Source: Oscillospiraceae bacterium (GTDB lineage: Bacteria > Bacillota > Clostridia > Oscillospirales > Ruminococcaceae). Taken from it: DNA of 64,000 nt. The notes below the pieces were generated by a model. The model had not been told where the DNA came from, did not search any database, and saw only the letters and a list, made by a program, of their open reading frames with translations. The position numbers and the translations under genes were made by a program. Where the stretch lies: positions 20,301 to 84,300 of the forward strand of contig CADASU010000005.1 of the NCBI GenBank assembly GCA_902790675.1, given 5' to 3'. Positions within the stretch are counted from its first letter, which is position 1. The number at the start of each line of letters is the position of its first letter. Shown in pieces: positions 59,103 to 64,000 of the stretch.

Positions 59103-60875
59103 ATGAAAAGAAAAATAATAACAAAATTTTTATCAACCACACTAGTAGCAACATCTATTTTTTCTACTAGCTTAACTTTACCAGCTAGCGCAAACGATGC
59201 AACGTTTAGACTGATTTTTTCTAGCTACATGGATGATATTAATAATAGTTTTTCGGAGAAGAATCCAAAAAGCGGTCTCACCACAAACCGGATTGATGAT
59301 TCATTAATAAAAGAATTTAAAGATGTGATGGATAACATGGTTAAAAATTACAATGATGCAAGTGATTATTGTACAGACGATATAGATGCTAAGAAAAAAT
59401 TTAACGACATTAAAAAAGAATGTTCGAAGAATGAATTAATCCAACTTCTACAACAAAAGATTACTGACGATACAAATATTATATCCGATAATTTTAAAAA
59501 CACTTTCAAACAATTTATTAAACAAATATTTGATGCTGCATCATGTTTTATTAATAAAAGCCAATATAGAAAAGAAATTACAATAAAACGCCAAGTTCGC
59601 AAAGACGAGATATCTTTTGATGAAAAAAAATTAAAAAAAATATTTAATAAAGAAAAACTTAAAAACAAGTTAGATGAAAATGTCATTGCATACATGAAAA
59701 ACTTTGTAGCCCAGTCAAAGAAATCCATCCCATTAAATGAAGATGACACTGAAGAAATAAAAAAAGTTGTAGCCCCGGTAAAGAATTTAACAAATTCCAC
59801 CCAATCAAATAAAGATGATACTGCAGAAACAATAATTTATTACTTTAAAGAAAGGGGCAATTTACCTGAGCAGATTAAAAATGCAATAAATGATGAAACC
59901 GATAAAAAAACGATTAATAAAACAATTAAAAGACTAAAAACCAAAAAAATGGTCAAAGACGGTTATATAGATGAAAAAGAATATATTGTTAATTATTCCG
60001 TAGCAATACAATTTTTAACCGATTGTCTTAATATATTAAAGTCAAATGGTAGAATCGATTTGTATGACTACACTATTTCAAATAAAGAATATAATGATAT
60101 ATTAAATAAACACTTTAGAGATGCTTGCGTTGACTCCGAACTAATAAAAAATCATGATGATAACATAGATGGTTTAAACGCCGACATCAAAATAAAATCT
60201 AAAGTAGATAGCACATCTATCGACGATAGTGACGATAGTAAAGAACATATCGAGTTAGATGATAAAATTACTGCTTCAAAAGATGTCTTACAACACATTT
60301 TTGTTGGAGATGACATTTTGGAACAATCCACCGCCACCCTATCAACCGGCCATACTAACTATTCTATACCTGCTTTAAATGATATTGCAAATAAAAATTA
60401 TGAAAAAATGCAAAAATTTTCTAATAATAACTCCTTATCTAAGATTTTTATGTTATCTACAGGACTTGATGCTAGTAAATTGAACACTGAAAAAGTAGAA
60501 GGCATTAACACTCCCTTAAATAAAGATAATTTAAGTAAAAAATACTCATATGCCTGTTTGGGCAGGTTTTGGGGAACAAATAAAGGAATATTTCCCGAGA
60601 AGTGGACATGGACAAAAATTAGTGACGCCATTAGTAATATTCTAACATCAAATAATCTTGAATACACCAAAGAAAAGATAGATGAAAAAAATAACGTATA
60701 TAGATATGCATGCTTTTATGGAACATATGAAGAAGTTCCCATCGTAGTTTTTGTTAATTTAACTGATAAATCACTTGTTACAGCTTATCCATTATCTAAA
60801 GATGGCTTTGACAATAATAAAAAAGCAGCTTTAGGTAACAAAAATATTAAGCCTAAAAATCACAAAAAATCTTAA
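59103..60875 (+). CDS. Secreted protein with C-terminal bacterial-EndoU-like RNase toxin domain (putative)
   Basis: Sec signal peptide ending ASA-ND. The C-terminal region has LQHIFVGDD....STGH ... NKGIFPEKWTWTKISDAISNILTS ... EEVPIVVFVNLTDKSLVTAYPLS. This resembles the EndoU_bacteria pattern HIL.GD..GGGH...GK..FP..WS..KI...I......G..I.VV.....I.TAYP, but with about 90 extra residues between the GH and FP..W blocks. Confidence 0.5.
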   Translation: MKRKIITKFLSTTLVATSIFSTSLTLPASANDATFRLIFSSYMDDINNSFSEKNPKSGLTTNRIDDSLIKEFKDVMDNMVKNYNDASDYCTDDIDAKKKFNDIKKECSKNELIQLLQQKITDDTNIISDNFKNTFKQFIKQIFDAASCFINKSQYRKEITIKRQVRKDEISFDEKKLKKIFNKEKLKNKLDENVIAYMKNFVAQSKKSIPLNEDDTEEIKKVVAPVKNLTNSTQSNKDDTAETIIYYFKERGNLPEQIKNAINDETDKKTINKTIKRLKTKKMVKDGYIDEKEYIVNYSVAIQFLTDCLNILKSNGRIDLYDYTISNKEYNDILNKHFRDACVDSELIKNHDDNIDGLNADIKIKSKVDSTSIDDSDDSKEHIELDDKITASKDVLQHIFVGDDILEQSTATLSTGHTNYSIPALNDIANKNYEKMQKFSNNNSLSKIFMLSTGLDASKLNTEKVEGINTPLNKDNLSKKYSYACLGRFWGTNKGIFPEKWTWTKISDAISNILTSNNLEYTKEKIDEKNNVYRYACFYGTYEEVPIVVFVNLTDKSLVTAYPLSKDGFDNNKKAALGNKNIKPKNHKKS

Positions 60876-60939
60876 ATTAACAATATTGACATATTAAACT
60901 AACTATGGTACAATATGCGATAGCGTGGAGGTTTGGTTA

Positions 60940-61347
60940 ATGTATTCAAATGTGTCTTATTGTAGTTGCAATGATCAACTAAAAGGAAATTTGTACCAGT
61001 TATGGAGTTTTCAAAATGAAGGAATTACTCCAAGATGGCAGGCTGCATATAGTAATATGCATGATGAGTTTATTAAAGCTTTGTCTTCTGATGTAGATGC
61101 CGCTATTTCATTTTTTGGCGTTTTGAATCTTGATAGTGAAGTAGACGCTTTTGCTATCCACTTTGTAGATGAAATTATTAGCAATTTTAAAACAAAAGAA
61201 GAAAAGGAAAAATTTACAAAATGTATTAATGAACTGAGTAAGAAATATTCCGATAGTCCATATGTTAACTGGAATGTTTTTCGCTTCTATAGTGCTATGC
61301 ACGCCATAGAAGAGTTAAACACAGATGGTGAAGATAATTATGATTGA
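60940..61347 (+). CDS. Small acidic cytoplasmic protein, putative cognate immunity protein
   Basis: 135 aa from ATG 60940 (GGAGG, 8 nt), 64 nt after the toxin-like gene and on the same strand. No signal peptide and no family recognised. Confidence 0.35.
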   Translation: MYSNVSYCSCNDQLKGNLYQLWSFQNEGITPRWQAAYSNMHDEFIKALSSDVDAAISFFGVLNLDSEVDAFAIHFVDEIISNFKTKEEKEKFTKCINELSKKYSDSPYVNWNVFRFYSAMHAIEELNTDGEDNYD

Positions 61348-61371
61348 TAAATTTTCGACTAATTAAAGCAT

Positions 61372-61399
61372 AAAAGCAGCCTTTTAATGGCTGCTTTTT
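61372..61399. terminator. Bidirectional terminator (immunity-like gene / spoIIIAH)
   Basis: AAAAGCAGCC, loop TTTTAAT, GGCTGCTTTTT. It overlaps the spoIIIAH stop codon. Confidence 0.65.
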
Positions 61400-61955
61400 A
61401 CTGTATGGGTGTTATTACTATATTTGACGCGCTTACTCCGGTAGTGCTTACTATGATATCCTTTATCTGAGAAGCTTGCTGTGCATTCATATCTTTAACC
61501 TTAACCGTAACATTAACTCTATCAGCTTCAACATATGCAACACAGTCTTCAAATCCTTTGGCCTTGACTTGATTTTCAATTGAAGTTTCTTGCTCGTTCA
61601 TTTCTGTAATTTTTAATACTTGTGCTGTAGCATTCGCTCTTTGATCACTAGATATTTCAGAAGATGATAATAATTTATTAATGTCTTCTGCTGCTTCGTC
61701 ATGAGAATTTTTCTTATCTAAACGAGCTTGGGTGAAATAATCATTAATTTTAGGGGTGGACACAAGTTCTGCTTCTCCATAATTTTGAGCGGAACTCGTC
61801 TGAGTTTTTCCAGTTCCCAAAACATCCATAACACTTATTGCCCCATCATCTCCAACTGAAAATTGCCAATTTAAATAAACTGCTATTCCCAAAATAAGAA
61901 CTAAAGATGATAATATAATTTGTCTTTTTCCGATTATTAAATTAATTTTTTTCAC
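61398..61955 (-). CDS. spoIIIAH: Stage III sporulation protein AH
   Basis: N-terminal TM segment, a Q/E-rich linker and a C-terminal YscJ/FliF-like domain. It is the last gene of the spoIIIA operon order AE-AF-AG-AH. Confidence 0.8.
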   Translation of the reverse strand: MKKINLIIGKRQIILSSLVLILGIAVYLNWQFSVGDDGAISVMDVLGTGKTQTSSAQNYGEAELVSTPKINDYFTQARLDKKNSHDEAAEDINKLLSSSEISSDQRANATAQVLKITEMNEQETSIENQVKAKGFEDCVAYVEADRVNVTVKVKDMNAQQASQIKDIIVSTTGVSASNIVITPIQ

Positions 61956-61967
61956 AAAACTCTCCCC

Positions 61968-62537
61968 CTATTTATTTTTAGCTGTTTGTTTCTTTACCAC
62001 AGACACCCTGCTGGTTTTTATATTTAAAGACTTAGTAACTGCATCAGTGACTCTTTTTACTATAACACTATTATCCGCCCCCTCACAAACTACAACCACC
62101 CCCTTAACTGTTGGTTCTTTCTGCGTTACTATTAGCGCTTGCTTTCCACTTGACCCATCTATAATCACTACATCATGCTGAGTGTCATTCCTGTTTGTAG
62201 ATTTACCTGAAAGATTTTCATTGCTATCTGATGTCTTTCTTTCCGAATTAGCATACACATTTTCTATGCCATTCTCCAGAGTAATTACAACTTCCGAACT
62301 CCCCACCCCATCAATTTGAGATATCATAGAGTTTATCTTTTTTTCTAATTGTGATACATATGCTTCTGCTGTAACATTTATATTTTTTGAACTACCGTTT
62401 TCATTTTTTCCATCTGAATTTTTTGGAATTAATGTTGATGTGGCAATAAGCAATATTCCAACCATTCCTATAATAATTATATATTTTGTCTTATCCTTAG
62501 AAGCCATTAATTTATCTATATACTTTTTTAATTCCAT
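61968..62537 (-). CDS. spoIIIAG: Stage III sporulation protein AG
   Basis: N-terminal TM segment and a C-terminal VKGVVVVCEGADNSVIVKRVTDAVTKSLNI pattern typical of SpoIIIAG. Confidence 0.8.
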   Translation of the reverse strand: MELKKYIDKLMASKDKTKYIIIIGMVGILLIATSTLIPKNSDGKNENGSSKNINVTAEAYVSQLEKKINSMISQIDGVGSSEVVITLENGIENVYANSERKTSDSNENLSGKSTNRNDTQHDVVIIDGSSGKQALIVTQKEPTVKGVVVVCEGADNSVIVKRVTDAVTKSLNIKTSRVSVVKKQTAKNK

Positions 62538-62552
62538 GTATTATCACCTTTT

Positions 62553-63005
62553 TTACTGATAATAAAGTATTTTTGGGTTTAATCCCGTTTCTTTCTCAAC
62601 TAGTTGTTTTATATTATTAACATCATAATTTTTAGATTTAGGAATTTTTAAATATATGTCTGTATCCAACGAGTTATTTTTATTAATATCTATGCTTATG
62701 TCCACACAATTATAACCATTTTTCATTAAAACAATTTTTAAAGCGTTTTTTAATTTTTGCTCATCTATCTTATTAAAATTATCATTATAATATTCTGGTG
62801 ATTGAAGCTTTTTATTTATTTTATCAAAACAATTTACTGAATTTAAACAATTGAAATTTTTCATAAGCGGCATAGCTAAAGAGCTAACTAAAAATAAATT
62901 TAAAATTAGTTTCATAATTTTTTTCATGCTTCCACTAGGAATTAACATATAAAAAATCGTTCCACAAATCATGGACACGCATATACACAAAATCCATTCA
63001 TGCAA
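62553..63005 (-). CDS. spoIIIAF: Stage III sporulation protein AF
   Basis: Two N-terminal TM segments (..MLIPSGSMKKIMKLILNLFLV..), size and operon position. Confidence 0.72.
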   Translation of the reverse strand: MHEWILCICVSMICGTIFYMLIPSGSMKKIMKLILNLFLVSSLAMPLMKNFNCLNSVNCFDKINKKLQSPEYYNDNFNKIDEQKLKNALKIVLMKNGYNCVDISIDINKNNSLDTDIYLKIPKSKNYDVNNIKQLVEKETGLNPKILYYQ

Positions 63006-63018
63006 TGTTTTTCTCCCC

Positions 63019-64000
63019 TTAACCTGCAGACATATTAATCATTATTGATGTTGTGGATATTATTAAAATTCCGTAACAAATTAAAAATGCAAACAAAATT
63101 GAAAAACAGTCTTTAACTGCAATCATCATATTAGCAATAAATGACATGTTTAAAACTTTAGCAAATCCCACAATTAAAGAAATTGTGAAAATAAAAAAAA
63201 TGACCATCAAAATGGGTGGCAGCAATGTTACAATACAAACTATTATTCCAAATCCGCCAACTGCAGATTTGATTAATAATAAACAGCTTAAAATCGATGA
63301 TAGAGCATCTCCAAGAGCTCCACCAACAATTGGAATAAAGCTACTAGACAAAAATTTGGCTGTCTTTAAACCTATGCTATCAGTAGAAACAGCAATAGAA
63401 TTTTGTAATGTAAAAAGGCCTATAAATATAGTAACAAGCAATGATAATATAAAAATTACAGTCTTTTTTATCGAAGATATTATCCCAGAAATGTTAATTG
63501 ATTCATTAAAGCTTCCAACAACAGATAGTGCTAAAAATATTCCTATGGCAGGTAATAAAATATCCACAATAAAAAAAGATAAAATTTGTGCCACCATAAA
63601 AATCGTTGTGCTATATCCTAAAGAACTTGCCGAGCCACCTGAAACTGCAATAACTCCACTAAATATTGGAATAAAGCAAAGCATAAAATTACCAAATGCC
63701 TTTATCACTTTAGAAATATTTGTCATGCATTCAATTATTGGCATAATAATTATCCCACAAATGCATATTGATGTAATTACACTAAGCAATCCATTAAAGC
63801 TTGTGTTTGGAATTGTGGTTTTCATTCCATCGAATAATGCACAAATTAAAATTATGACAAAACAACCCGCAAAAGAAAAAAATGGTTTTTTTATTATATC
63901 AGCAACTTTACTAAATAAATATTCAAAAAATGTATTTATGGAAAATCCTTGCAAATCAGACGGCTTTGAAGAAGTAATTCCTACTTTTTGTAAATCATCC
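63019..64000 (-). CDS. spoIIIAE: Stage III sporulation protein AE (5' end beyond the window)
   Basis: Polytopic membrane protein. The reading frame stays open upstream of the track start (...DDLQKVGITSSKPSDLQGFSINTFFEYLF), so the track 'M' at 63954 is an internal TTG and the gene is truncated by the window edge. Confidence 0.8.
   Translation of the reverse strand, partial: DDLQKVGITSSKPSDLQGFSINTFFEYLFSKVADIIKKPFFSFAGCFVIILICALFDGMKTTIPNTSFNGLLSVITSICICGIIIMPIIECMTNISKVIKAFGNFMLCFIPIFSGVIAVSGGSASSLGYSTTIFMVAQILSFFIVDILLPAIGIFLALSVVGSFNESINISGIISSIKKTVIFILSLLVTIFIGLFTLQNSIAVSTDSIGLKTAKFLSSSFIPIVGGALGDALSSILSCLLLIKSAVGGFGIIVCIVTLLPPILMVIFFIFTISLIVGFAKVLNMSFIANMMIAVKDCFSILFAFLICYGILIISTTSIMINMSAG

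Noticed and set aside
49863-61397. Calling the accessory region a mobile element or genomic island.
   Set aside because: I could find no integrase, recombinase, transposase or phage genes, and no direct repeat of the ssrA 3' end by eye. Only the position next to tmRNA supports the idea, so it is reported as a hypothesis and not annotated as a mobile element.

Overview
AT-rich chromosomal segment from a spore-forming Firmicute, Clostridia-like (spoIID, yqfC/yqfD, yunB-like and spoIIIAE-AH are present). About 50 kb is ordinary, densely packed core genome. It contains the rpsP-KH-rimM-trmD and ylxM-ffh operons, rpsB-tsf, der-plsY-gpsA, rpmF, pgi, a D-Ala-D-Ala carboxypeptidase, citrate synthase, uvrBA, tyrS, trxB, nth, mutS2, recO-era-dgkA-ybeY-phoH, a dnaD/dnaC-like pair, tRNA-Lys, ligA, gatCAB, SRP RNA-dnaX-ybaB-recR and smpB-ssrA. 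The interesting part is an accessory stretch of about 11.5 kb (about 49.9-61.4 kb) that starts right after the tmRNA terminator. (1) A compact candidate biosynthetic locus at 50.0-57.8 kb combines two paralogous Nif11-like, double-glycine leader peptide precursors with Cys-free, Lys/His/aromatic-rich cores. It also encodes a radical SAM/SPASM maturase that looks disrupted in this sequence, a two-domain GNAT, and a private fatty-acid/polyketide set: KS, Cys-less KS-like partner, FabZ-like dehydratase, ACP and FabG-like reductase. I read this as a putative lipid-RiPP (acylated ribosomal peptide) system of an architecture I do not recognise as described. (2) A Sec-signal protein whose C-terminus resembles bacterial EndoU-type RNase toxins, followed by a small acidic ORF that may be its immunity protein. 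Other points worth a second look are a Spo0A-C-domain paralog with a degenerate receiver domain, several perfect inverted or direct repeats in the accessory intergenic DNA, and some start-codon or ORF-track corrections. I saw no rRNA, CRISPR array, transposase or integrase. All functional calls rest on motif recognition by eye; no database search was possible.
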